64,000 bases of DNA from positions 14,718-78,717 of the IMG/VR virus record IMGVR_UViG_3300048670_001593; one strand, given 5' to 3'. The position numbers and the translations under genes are program-made. Positions 1-9,271 of this stretch are shown here, in pieces (the first letter of the stretch is position 1; each line of letters begins with the position of its first letter). Below the pieces are notes generated by a model. That model saw nothing but the letters and a program-made list of their open reading frames with translations. It made no database searches and was not told where the DNA came from. This stretch comes from a virus (lineage: Duplodnaviria; Caudoviricetes).

Positions 1-408
1 ATGACATTCGTGGCCGGCAGTGACCGATTGGGTTCGGGCGCCGGCAGTATAGAAAAACTGCTGAACAGTTGGAACAGTGGCATAGTTCGCACCGCTGATA
101 ATATATTTGGGCCTGAAGGTCGTGAACACGTGGTGCTGAATTTTGTCAGCAGTGGATCACGTGATCCTGATGCCACCGACATCAGTGGTATCAGTGGAAC
201 ACTGGCTCGCCGATTTGCTGCCGCTGGTGACGAAAAAGCCTTTGAGCGGGCAACCGGAGTAGGAAGCAATATCCAGGTGCAGGGCCAGACACTGTATCAG
301 GCCACACGTCAGGGCCAGGGGATCGCAGATCGATCTGCGGAACCACAGGTGCAGGAATCAGTTGACTGGCTACGAAAAATAACTCAGTGGTCACATAATA
401 TTAAATAG
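1..408 (+). CDS. Cytidyltransferase-like (nucleotidyltransferase) protein, C-terminal part; probably truncated by the window edge
   Basis: FVAGSDR ... VSSGSRDPDA..ISGISGT..R pattern resembles the cytidyltransferase-like proteins of T4-like aquatic phages; the N-terminal HIGH-type motif is not in the window. Confidence 0.5.
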   Translation: MTFVAGSDRLGSGAGSIEKLLNSWNSGIVRTADNIFGPEGREHVVLNFVSSGSRDPDATDISGISGTLARRFAAAGDEKAFERATGVGSNIQVQGQTLYQATRQGQGIADRSAEPQVQESVDWLRKITQWSHNIK

Positions 409-434
409 TTGAATAGTTTAAAAGTTAAAAATCA

Positions 435-1541
435 ATGAATCAAGTTCCCAGTTGCAGTGCAATCGATACCGGGTTTTTTATCACCACCAGTGGCGGAGTA
501 AAAACCTGCTGCAGTGGACAATATGACTTGGGCAGTATACGGACTCAATCAACTGTTGAAATTTTCAATAGTAAAAAATACATTGACGTTAGAAATGCAT
601 TGGTCAACAATCAGCCCACTGAATATTGTAAACAATGCGATCATCAGGAATCCATTGCTCTGGGGTCCAGCCAAAAAACAATTTTCAATCAGAGTTTGCC
701 CAGTGTCGGACAGCGAAAAATTAAACAAATTGACATCAGATGGAGCAATTTGTGCAATCTAGCTTGCAGATACTGCAATCCCTACGACAGTAGTGAATGG
801 GCCAAGTTGCAATCAATTCCCATCGAATCTCTGAATAGATCTTATATTCAGAGTGTATTCGACACAGTGTCAGAAAATTTGGATTCACTTGAAGAAGTCT
901 ACTTGTTGGGTGGCGAACCCCTGTTACAAAAACACAACGAAACACTACTTGATCTAATAAGCGGTAAACAAAAAATTTCAGTTGTGACCAATCTCAGTGT
1001 TAATCTTGAAAAAAACAACGTATACCAGAAACTTAAAAAATTTCAAAATATTTCCTGGAGCCTGAGTTTTGAAAATGTTGGTGACAAATTCGAATATGTC
1101 AGACACGGGGCCAATTGGCAAAAATTTCTCAACAATATCCAGATTCTTAAAGATGATTTTGGCACTGGTAAAATTGATTTTCACCCAGTTTACAGCGTTT
1201 GGAGTGCGGTTGCATTAGACGAATTTTATGATTTCGCACACACTATTGGCGACTTTAAAATAACCTGGCAACTATGCAATGATGAGGTCCAGTCTGGTTA
1301 TGATATTTTTACTCATAATGAAAAAATAAAATCTGAAGCCATCAGACAGATTGAAAAAACTAATGTGGGATCATCTGCAAATTTCTTTAGTAAAGTCAAA
1401 GACAAACTCCAGACTTCTGAAGGTGTACCTCAGCAGAATCAAAAATTTTTAAATTGGATTGCTGAATCAGAGACACTATTGTCTCCTAACAAAACGTTTG
1501 CCGAGCTCTGGCCCAATTTATACCGATTACTGTCGGAATAA
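435..1541 (+). CDS. Radical SAM protein with N-terminal SPASM/twitch-like Cys cluster
   Basis: CNLACRYC (CxxxCxxC), LLGGEPLL; N-terminal C...GGVKTCC...CKQC. Confidence 0.85.
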   Translation: MNQVPSCSAIDTGFFITTSGGVKTCCSGQYDLGSIRTQSTVEIFNSKKYIDVRNALVNNQPTEYCKQCDHQESIALGSSQKTIFNQSLPSVGQRKIKQIDIRWSNLCNLACRYCNPYDSSEWAKLQSIPIESLNRSYIQSVFDTVSENLDSLEEVYLLGGEPLLQKHNETLLDLISGKQKISVVTNLSVNLEKNNVYQKLKKFQNISWSLSFENVGDKFEYVRHGANWQKFLNNIQILKDDFGTGKIDFHPVYSVWSAVALDEFYDFAHTIGDFKITWQLCNDEVQSGYDIFTHNEKIKSEAIRQIEKTNVGSSANFFSKVKDKLQTSEGVPQQNQKFLNWIAESETLLSPNKTFAELWPNLYRLLSE

Positions 1542-1554
1542 GGAATTGAAAAAA

Positions 1555-3000
1555 ATGAACAAAAAGTCATGGCCCATTGCATCCGACACCAGCTGCTATT
1601 TAAAATGGTCCTGGAGCACCATCTATCTGAATCGTGGCACCACTGCCAGCTGTCACAGAACAGTGCACAATCATTTCACAGCTGAAAATTTTGACGAATT
1701 TCATAATCTTCCAAAAAAATTAGATGATCGTCGCAGAATGTTGGCTGGGGGCTGGCCCGAAGAATCAGAAACCACCAAATGGGGCATCAATGGTTGCACC
1801 TATTGCAAGCACATAGAAGATCTGGGAGGGGTCAGTGATCGTCAAGTGCAATTAAGAAATCTAAGTTCGGTTTTTCAAAATCACACCAATGTGCTGCCCC
1901 CGGAACTATTGGAAGACCCCAATGCTGTGTCAGTTACTCCCACCATTGTGGAAGTCTACTTTAACAATGTCTGTAACATGGCATGTTTGTATTGTGGGCC
2001 ACACTTTAGCACCATGTGGGAAGAAGAAAATCGCAGATTCAATGCTCAGGAAGACGGTATCCTGGCCAATCCCATGTGGCAGAGAGATAGGGAACGATAT
2101 GATGCCATGCGAGATAAACTGTTTGCTTGGTTACGCGAACATGGTCACAAAATCTGGAATTTTGGCATGCTGGGGGGAGAACCATTCTTCCAGAAAGAAT
2201 TCGACATGGTGCTGGATCACTGGGAAAACTACCCCAATCCCGATCTGACTCTGACCATTGTGACCAATCTCAAGGTGGAACATGGTAGATTTGTCAGGTA
2301 TATTGACAGATTAAAACACATGGTGGAGACTGGTAAAATCAAATCCCTGAATATCAGTGCCAGTCTGGACTGCTGGGGACCACAGGCAGAATATCTACGC
2401 TGGGGGTTAAATCTGGATGAATGGTCAAAGAATTTTGCTTATATGGTTCCCCAGGAATGGATTACCCTGAATGTCAACATTACCATTACCCCGTTGAGTA
2501 TAAAAACATTGCCGGATTTCTTGGAAAAGATCAATGCCTGGGATCAGGATCGATTAATAAACATTGTTGCAAAAAATTTAAAGTTGCCATACGAAAAGCT
2601 ATCGCAACATCGAGATCGAATTTTGCAAATGATAGACCAAAATAAAATTCCCCAGGCTGATATCGACAAACATATTTGTATAAGTTTTATGCATGTGTTG
2701 GAACCCACTCAAATGAACCCCCTGTGGTTTGGGCAAGGTGTATTTACACAAGACATGCAACAAGTAGTAGACTTGATGCCTGTATTGACTGAATATCAGA
2801 GAAATTATAAAACTTACATGCAAGGCATCGCCAATAGCATAGAAAAAACGCCTCGGGATCCTAAAAAGATATTGATGTTAGAAACATATGTAAATGAGAT
2901 GGATCGCAGAAGAGGAACCAATTGGAGAGATCTGTTTCCCTGGCTAATCGACCAGTTTGATCAGGCCAGAAATGAACTTGAGTATCAAAATGAACAATAA
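1555..3000 (+). CDS. Radical SAM protein
   Basis: CNMACLYC, MLGGEPFF; start moved to ATG 1555, which follows an AAGGA Shine-Dalgarno. Confidence 0.85.
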   Translation: MNKKSWPIASDTSCYLKWSWSTIYLNRGTTASCHRTVHNHFTAENFDEFHNLPKKLDDRRRMLAGGWPEESETTKWGINGCTYCKHIEDLGGVSDRQVQLRNLSSVFQNHTNVLPPELLEDPNAVSVTPTIVEVYFNNVCNMACLYCGPHFSTMWEEENRRFNAQEDGILANPMWQRDRERYDAMRDKLFAWLREHGHKIWNFGMLGGEPFFQKEFDMVLDHWENYPNPDLTLTIVTNLKVEHGRFVRYIDRLKHMVETGKIKSLNISASLDCWGPQAEYLRWGLNLDEWSKNFAYMVPQEWITLNVNITITPLSIKTLPDFLEKINAWDQDRLINIVAKNLKLPYEKLSQHRDRILQMIDQNKIPQADIDKHICISFMHVLEPTQMNPLWFGQGVFTQDMQQVVDLMPVLTEYQRNYKTYMQGIANSIEKTPRDPKKILMLETYVNEMDRRRGTNWRDLFPWLIDQFDQARNELEYQNEQ

Positions 3001-3020
3001 TTTATATTATCTAGATCAAC

Positions 3021-3050
3021 TTGACGCTGTAATCATTAATAGTGTAGACT
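3021..3050 (+). promoter_or_regulatory. sigma70-type promoter candidate
   Basis: TTGACG-N18-TAGACT upstream of AAGGAG and ATG 3073. Confidence 0.45.
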
Positions 3051-3072
3051 TTAATTTTCAAGGAGTATATCT

Positions 3073-3330
3073 ATGTCACAGATGTTTTCGGCCGAACAGA
3101 AGGCCAAACTCACTCAACTAGTCAATGAAGGCATTGCAGTATTAACCGAAATCGAAGACCTTACAGGTGGGTTGAATGACACCATCAAGGCCGTGGCCGA
3201 AGAACTGGAAGTTAAACCAGCTATCCTTAAAAAAGCCATCAAGATTGCACAAAAATCCAAGTTCACCGAAACCAACCAGGATCACGAAACACTGCAAGAC
3301 ATTCTGGAAACTGTGGGCAGAACCGTGTGA
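3073..3330 (+). CDS. Small dsDNA-binding protein, T4 DsbA/GapR-like
   Basis: 85 aa helical protein with IKAVAEELEVKPAILKKAIKI, similar in size and pattern to DsbA/GapR; strong SD; lies just before the DNA polymerase. Confidence 0.45.
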   Translation: MSQMFSAEQKAKLTQLVNEGIAVLTEIEDLTGGLNDTIKAVAEELEVKPAILKKAIKIAQKSKFTETNQDHETLQDILETVGRTV

Positions 3331-3617
3331 TTGACTGGCAAAAAACTTTAGAATTTCTTCAGGCAGATTGGAAAAGCAATCCGTTAAGATTGGCATTGGA
3401 AACCGTTAACTGGGCACTTAATCTTGCAATTGCTCTGATTTTTGCCATAACAATACCTGATGTCCCACTGCTGATTGTCTATCCCATTTTCTTTGCGGCA
3501 TTAAGCATCAGCATCTATTCTGCCATCAGTAGAGGAAGTTTTGGTTTATTGATCACCAGTATTACTCTTTATATAATTGACATCATTGGGTTTATCAGGC
3601 TATTATATAACAGTTGA
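3327..3617 (+). CDS. Small membrane protein
   Basis: 96 aa with about 3 hydrophobic segments; GTGA overlap with the upstream gene. Confidence 0.6.
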   Translation: MIDWQKTLEFLQADWKSNPLRLALETVNWALNLAIALIFAITIPDVPLLIVYPIFFAALSISIYSAISRGSFGLLITSITLYIIDIIGFIRLLYNS

Positions 3618-3650
3618 GTGTCGCTCACTACACGAGCATGTAGAAAGGTG

Positions 3651-3668
3651 GGCCAGCCATAAATGGTC
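3651..3668 (+). promoter_or_regulatory. Candidate translational operator hairpin of the DNA polymerase mRNA
   Basis: GGCCA-GCCATAAA-TGGTC: 5-bp stem (one G-U) with 8-nt loop directly before the AGAGGA SD; same geometry as the T4 gene 43 operator. Confidence 0.35.
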
Positions 3669-3680
3669 AGAGAGGAAATA

Positions 3681-6341
3681 ATGAGTTATGTCGACGCACT
3701 TTTTGACCGCGCCAAAGATCAAATCCACGTGGTTGAAAGAATTGATGGTCTTCGCATCTATCAGGAATACCCTGCCAATTACGTGCTCTATTACGATGAC
3801 CCACGTGGCAAACACCGGACCATCTACGATACCCCAGTCAGCAGATTCAGCACCAGGGTAGGTAAAGAGTTTCATAAAGAATTAAAAATCAACTCAGGCA
3901 AACGCATCTGGGAATCAGACATCAATCCTGTGTTCCGTTGTCTGGAAGAAAATTATCTGGGTAAAACTGCTCCCCGACTACAAACAGCATTTTTCGATAT
4001 TGAAGTGGATTTTGATCCTGTCAGGGGCTTTAGTCCACCAGAAGATCCTTTCAATCCAGTAACAGCAATTACCATTTATTTTGATTGGCTGGACAAGATT
4101 GTGACTCTGGCCACACCACCCAAAAGTCTGAGTTGGGAGACTGCAGAAGAAATTGCCAGAAAATATGACAATTGCTTCCTGTTTGATCGTGAAGAAGATC
4201 TATTGGACACCTTCCTGAATCTGATCGACGATGCAGACATATTGAGTGGCTGGAACTCCGAAGGCTTCGATATTCCCTACATGGTCATGCGTACCAAACG
4301 TGTGCTCAGCAAAGACGATTGTCGACGATTTTGTTTATGGGGACAAATGCCCAAGGAACGCACATTTGAACGATTTGGGGCCAGTCAATTGACCTTTGAT
4401 CTGATTGGGCGTGTGCACCTGGACTACATGCAACTCTATCGCAAGTACACCTATGAAGAGCGCCACAGTTATAGTCTGGACGCCATTGGTGAATATGAGC
4501 TGGAAGAGCGTAAAACTCAGTATGAAGGCACTCTGGACCAGTTGTATAATCGAGACTTTGAAAAGTTTATCGAATATAACCGCCAGGACACCATGCTGTT
4601 GGCCAAATTGGATAAAAAGCTAAGATTCCTGGACCTGGCCAATGAACTGGCACACGACAACACTGTGCTACTGCAAACCACCATGGGTGCTGTGGCAGTT
4701 ACTGAACAGGCTATTATCAACGAAGCACATCAACTAGGGCTAGTGGTGCCCAATCGAACTGGTCGAGAAGATCAGGGCGACACTCAGGCCGCCGGAGCCT
4801 ATGTGGCTTATCCCAAACAGGGCATGCATGATTATGTGGGAGCCATAGACATCAACTCACTGTACCCCAGTGCCATTCGTGCGCTGAACATGGGTCCCGA
4901 AACCATTGTGGGTCAGTTACGGCCCACCATGACTGATCATTACATCAATCAGAAAATTGCCAATGGCAGTAGTTTTGCTGATGCCTGGGAAGGCATATTT
5001 GGTAGTCTGGAATACACCGCTGTGATGAACATGGAACCCGGCACTGAGCTCACCATTGACTGGGAAAACGGCACCAGCGATGTGCTCAGTGCTGCTGACG
5101 TCTGGCGATTGGTTTTCGACAGCAATCAGCCCTGGATCCTCAGTGCCAATGGCACCATATTCAGTAACGAACGCAAGGGCATTGTGCCCGGCCTGCTGGA
5201 ACGCTGGTACGCAGAACGTAAGGAAATGCAGGCCAAGAAAAAAGAGGCAACCGAACCCGAAGACATCGCATTCTGGGACAAGCGTCAGTTGGTTAAGAAA
5301 ATTAATCTAAACTCATTATATGGCGCTATTTTGAATCCCGGATGTCGATTCTTTGACCATCGCATTGGTCAGAGCACCACACTGACCGGCAGAGTGATTG
5401 CCCGACACATGGATGCATACATCAACGAATGCATCATGGGCAGTTATGATCATACTGGCCATGCAATCATATACGGTGACACCGATTCGTGCTATTTCAG
5501 TGTCTGGCCGGCCATTCGAGACGATGTTGCTGCAGGTCGCATGGAATGGAACAAAGATCTTGCAGTGGCACTGTATGATAACATCGCCGATCAGGTCAAT
5601 GACAGTTTTCCTGCATTTTGTGAACGTGCATTCCATACTCCCCGCCGGCAAGGCGAACTGATCCGGGGAGGCCGAGAACTGGTGGCCATCAAGGGCTTGT
5701 TTATCAAGAAGAAACGCTATGCAGTGCTGATCTATGATCTGGAAGGCAAGCGTCTGGATACTCACAGCAAACCCGGCAAACTCAAAGCCATGGGCCTGGA
5801 TCTGAAACGTTCAGACACGCCCAAGGTTGTGCAGGACTTCCTGAGTGATGTTCTGCTGGATGTTCTGACTGGCGCCACCAGAGACAGTATTATTGAAAAG
5901 GTCCGTGAATTTAAACTGGCGTTCACTGAGAGACCAGCCTGGGAAAAAGGCACGCCCAAACGTGTAAATAATCTGACCAAATATACCCGAGAAGAAGAAC
6001 GACTGGGCAAAGCCAATATGCCGGGCCACGTTCGTGCAGCCATGAATTGGAATAATTTGCGCAGAATGCATGGTGATAACTACAGTATGAGCATTGTGGA
6101 TGGCATGAAGACCATTGTGTGTAAACTAAAAGACAATCCCCTGGGGTATACCAGCGTGGGTTACCCCACAGATGAAACACATATACCACAGTGGTTTAAG
6201 GATTTGCCATTTGATGACGGTGAGATGGAAACCACCATCGTGGACCAAAAGGTGGAAAACCTGTTGGGTGTGTTGGATTGGAAGATTTCGGAAAACACAC
6301 AAATCAAAACCACTTTTGATGATTTTTTTAGCTTTGAATAA
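3681..6341 (+). CDS. Family B DNA polymerase (T4 gp43-like) with 3'-5' exonuclease
   Basis: ExoI DIEVD, ExoII WNSEGFD, motif A DINSLYPS, motif B KINLNSLYG, motif C YGDTDS; start at ATG 3681 after AGAGGA. Confidence 0.97.
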   Translation: MSYVDALFDRAKDQIHVVERIDGLRIYQEYPANYVLYYDDPRGKHRTIYDTPVSRFSTRVGKEFHKELKINSGKRIWESDINPVFRCLEENYLGKTAPRLQTAFFDIEVDFDPVRGFSPPEDPFNPVTAITIYFDWLDKIVTLATPPKSLSWETAEEIARKYDNCFLFDREEDLLDTFLNLIDDADILSGWNSEGFDIPYMVMRTKRVLSKDDCRRFCLWGQMPKERTFERFGASQLTFDLIGRVHLDYMQLYRKYTYEERHSYSLDAIGEYELEERKTQYEGTLDQLYNRDFEKFIEYNRQDTMLLAKLDKKLRFLDLANELAHDNTVLLQTTMGAVAVTEQAIINEAHQLGLVVPNRTGREDQGDTQAAGAYVAYPKQGMHDYVGAIDINSLYPSAIRALNMGPETIVGQLRPTMTDHYINQKIANGSSFADAWEGIFGSLEYTAVMNMEPGTELTIDWENGTSDVLSAADVWRLVFDSNQPWILSANGTIFSNERKGIVPGLLERWYAERKEMQAKKKEATEPEDIAFWDKRQLVKKINLNSLYGAILNPGCRFFDHRIGQSTTLTGRVIARHMDAYINECIMGSYDHTGHAIIYGDTDSCYFSVWPAIRDDVAAGRMEWNKDLAVALYDNIADQVNDSFPAFCERAFHTPRRQGELIRGGRELVAIKGLFIKKKRYAVLIYDLEGKRLDTHSKPGKLKAMGLDLKRSDTPKVVQDFLSDVLLDVLTGATRDSIIEKVREFKLAFTERPAWEKGTPKRVNNLTKYTREEERLGKANMPGHVRAAMNWNNLRRMHGDNYSMSIVDGMKTIVCKLKDNPLGYTSVGYPTDETHIPQWFKDLPFDDGEMETTIVDQKVENLLGVLDWKISENTQIKTTFDDFFSFE

Positions 6342-6343
6342 CC

Positions 6344-8422
6344 ATGAAGAAAAAAATAGAACTAGTCAACGTAACTGATCTGGAATCCATGTCCAGGACC
6401 CCATTGACCACATCTGATGTGGTTTTTGATCACATGGATCGTTTTACTCGACATCGGATGACGTTTGACAAAGATCTGGGGCTCCGAGGCAAATACTGTT
6501 ATCACCCTTTTAATACAGTGACCATTGACAGCCGGGGCGACTGTTATGTATGCGTCTGCCAGGCCTGGTTGCCCATTAGTGTGGGGAACATTCTGGAATT
6601 CGACAGTCTGACAGCAATCGTGCAGAGTGCCCGAGCCAGAGAAATACAAGCCAGCATTATTGACGGCACCTACAAATACTGTGACCACAAAACCTGCCAT
6701 CTGATTACCAGCAATAATCTGGAAGGACGTATTGATCACAGACCTGACACCATAAATTGGATTGTATTTGCCATTGACGATAGTTGTAACCTGACTTGTC
6801 CCAGTTGCAGAACAGACATGATTTTCTATAATCGAGGCGAAGATTTTGATCGACGCATGCGAATCAGCGATCACCTGGTAAAACTGATTCAGGAGCACGA
6901 CCATTTCTTAAAATTTACTCTGAGCGGTGATGGAGATCCGTTTGCCAGTCACGTATACCGCAACATGTTGGAAAAACTGGATCTCAGCAAGCGTGGGACC
7001 ACTGAAATTGAAATCGTAACCAATGGCATCCTGGCCAAGGACCATTGGCACCGGATGACTGGCATTCATAAAAATGTCATGAGATTCAAGATTAGTTTTG
7101 ATGCTGGTAGCCCAGAGGTTTACTCACTAACACGCAGGGGCGGTAACTGGAACAAGTTAATTGAAAGTTCAGAACACATCATCAAGTGGAAGCAAAAAAA
7201 TTATGCAGACATGGAACTTGTGGCAAATTTTGTAGTACAAACCACAAATTTTCGTGACATGCACCGATTTGTAAAGCTGACCCAGGATCTGGGATTTGAT
7301 GAAATCTCCTTCCAGAAAGTCACTGATTGGGGCAAATGGTACGATAACGGCATCAACCGATTTGTAGAACATGCTGTATGGATGCCTGATCATGAAAATT
7401 ATCAGGAATTGGTGGAAATCATCAATGATCCCATCATGACCGATAGGAAAATTAATTTAACCAATCTTTCACATCTGAGAAAAACGGTATTGTCTTTGTC
7501 GGAATTGGTGGATTTAAAAAACTCAGTCAATACCAAACTCAATACCAATAATTTGACATCAGAAACAGACAGTTATAAAACTCAGTTTGAAGCCATTAAA
7601 AATATTTCATCTGTTTACGAAAAAAACTTGAAGGCAATGTCTGACATTGCCGACGAAATCAATGTTAACTTAAAATTTTTAGATAACGAAATAGAAAATC
7701 TCAACACTAAAATTGATCAGGAAATTGATTCCATAACCGCCAACTATCATCAGAGAGGGTATAAAGTAAATGGGCATTTTGCTACCAATCGAACCAATCC
7801 AGAAACCGAAAGAGGATCAAGAAAATTACCAATGCTGGAGGAAACTCGCCAGGAAATCATTGCCCTAATTCAAAAGTATTCAGACTGGAAATATCCGGGT
7901 CTGGAAATTGGCCCCGGCGACGGTATCTGGACCGAATACCTGGTGGCAAATGAACCATTGTATCTGGTAGACATACATAATGAGTTTTTACAGTCCACTA
8001 CATCAAAATTCAATCCGGTCTATCAGAATCGATTGAGACTATATACAACCAGCGAAACTGATCTAAGTATGCTTCCACAAAATCAATTTGGTTTTGTGTT
8101 TTCATGGAATGTGTTCAATTATCTGACCACGGATCTAATAGATCAGTATCTGAAAGAAATTTTCAGTGTTTTGAGGCCCGGCGGAGTTTGCATGTTTAGC
8201 TATAATAATGCTGAACGCGTGCACTGTGCAAAGTATGTAGAACAGGGGTACATGAGTTATATGCCCAAAAAACTGTTAACCAAATTAATACATCAACACG
8301 GGTTCGAAATAATTGGTCTGGAAGATAGGAATGAATACATCGCCTGGGTCGAAATACGTAAACCTGGCGTTCTGAACACCATCAAAGCCCACCCTGTTCT
8401 GGGTGAAGTTATCCAAAAATAA
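6344..8422 (+). CDS. Fusion: radical SAM (SPASM-first) + coiled-coil linker + class I SAM-dependent methyltransferase
   Basis: N-half CYHPF...CYVCVC, CNLTCPSC, LSGDGDPF; C-half GLEIGPGDG glycine motif and FVFSWNVFNY. Confidence 0.8.
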   Translation: MKKKIELVNVTDLESMSRTPLTTSDVVFDHMDRFTRHRMTFDKDLGLRGKYCYHPFNTVTIDSRGDCYVCVCQAWLPISVGNILEFDSLTAIVQSARAREIQASIIDGTYKYCDHKTCHLITSNNLEGRIDHRPDTINWIVFAIDDSCNLTCPSCRTDMIFYNRGEDFDRRMRISDHLVKLIQEHDHFLKFTLSGDGDPFASHVYRNMLEKLDLSKRGTTEIEIVTNGILAKDHWHRMTGIHKNVMRFKISFDAGSPEVYSLTRRGGNWNKLIESSEHIIKWKQKNYADMELVANFVVQTTNFRDMHRFVKLTQDLGFDEISFQKVTDWGKWYDNGINRFVEHAVWMPDHENYQELVEIINDPIMTDRKINLTNLSHLRKTVLSLSELVDLKNSVNTKLNTNNLTSETDSYKTQFEAIKNISSVYEKNLKAMSDIADEINVNLKFLDNEIENLNTKIDQEIDSITANYHQRGYKVNGHFATNRTNPETERGSRKLPMLEETRQEIIALIQKYSDWKYPGLEIGPGDGIWTEYLVANEPLYLVDIHNEFLQSTTSKFNPVYQNRLRLYTTSETDLSMLPQNQFGFVFSWNVFNYLTTDLIDQYLKEIFSVLRPGGVCMFSYNNAERVHCAKYVEQGYMSYMPKKLLTKLIHQHGFEIIGLEDRNEYIAWVEIRKPGVLNTIKAHPVLGEVIQK

Positions 8423-8432
8423 TTTCAATCAG

Positions 8433-8461
8433 TTGATTTTTCTAAATAAACCGTATATGCT
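8433..8461 (+). promoter_or_regulatory. sigma70-type promoter with embedded late-type CTAAATA
   Basis: TTGATT-N17-TATGCT; the spacer contains CTAAATA. Confidence 0.55.
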
Positions 8462-8481
8462 ATTACAAATAGGAGAATATT

Positions 8482-9216
8482 ATGCGTGATTATCTGTTGG
8501 ACATTGTCAAGAACACTTATGGCCTGGGCATCATTAATCTGATCAAAGTTACTGGCTCTGAATCAGAGACCAAAATCGAAGCCATTGCCGAAGACAGGTC
8601 AGTTATCCTGCAGGGCAAGATCAATAATCCTGTGCCGGAATTCATTGGCACGTTTGGTATGCCTAATCTGGGCAAGCTCAACACCATCCTTAACATTCCA
8701 GAATACAAAGAAGATGCCAAAATTACACTGAGCACACAGGTGCGAAATGATGAAATCGTGCCGGTGGGGCTGGACTTTGAAAACTCCAGCAAGGATTTTA
8801 ATAATAACTATCGCTTTATGAATCAGGAATTGATCACTGAAAAGGTCAAGAGTGTCATTAGCCGCAAAACCATCAACTGGGCAGTGGAATTTCAACCCAC
8901 TGCTGCCAACATCCAGCGTCTGAAGTTCCAGGCCAGTGCCAACTCAGAAGAGTCCACTTTCACTGCCAAGACTGAGGGCACAGATCTCAAGTTTTATTTT
9001 GGAGATCACAGTAGTCATGCCGGTAATTTTGTGTTTCAGAACAACATTAGCGGAAAACTTACCAAGACCTGGAGTTGGCCTGTGGCAGCAGTAATTTCAA
9101 TTCTGAACCTGGCTGGAGACAAGACCTTCCAATTTAGTGATGACGGGGTGGCGCAAATCACTGTGGACACCGGACTGGCAACCTACAATTACCTGCTGCC
9201 AGCACAAAGCAAGTAA
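8482..9216 (+). CDS. Probable DNA polymerase sliding clamp (gp45-like)
   Basis: 244 aa with alternating beta/alpha pattern and replication-core position; no diagnostic motif. Confidence 0.55.
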   Translation: MRDYLLDIVKNTYGLGIINLIKVTGSESETKIEAIAEDRSVILQGKINNPVPEFIGTFGMPNLGKLNTILNIPEYKEDAKITLSTQVRNDEIVPVGLDFENSSKDFNNNYRFMNQELITEKVKSVISRKTINWAVEFQPTAANIQRLKFQASANSEESTFTAKTEGTDLKFYFGDHSSHAGNFVFQNNISGKLTKTWSWPVAAVISILNLAGDKTFQFSDDGVAQITVDTGLATYNYLLPAQSK

Positions 9217-9220
9217 AATG

Positions 9221-9244
9221 ACCATACGACCTTGGTCGTATGGT
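9221..9244. repeat. Perfect inverted repeat / hairpin between the clamp gene and dpdA
   Basis: ACCATACGACC-TT-GGTCGTATGGT; no U-tract follows. Confidence 0.85.
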
Positions 9245-9271
9245 AGACATTCTAAATAAAGAGGAAATAAG

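Noticed and set aside
3681-6341. Intein or intron in the DNA polymerase
   Set aside because: Continuous ORF of normal length with all motifs in order and no intein or homing-endonuclease motifs
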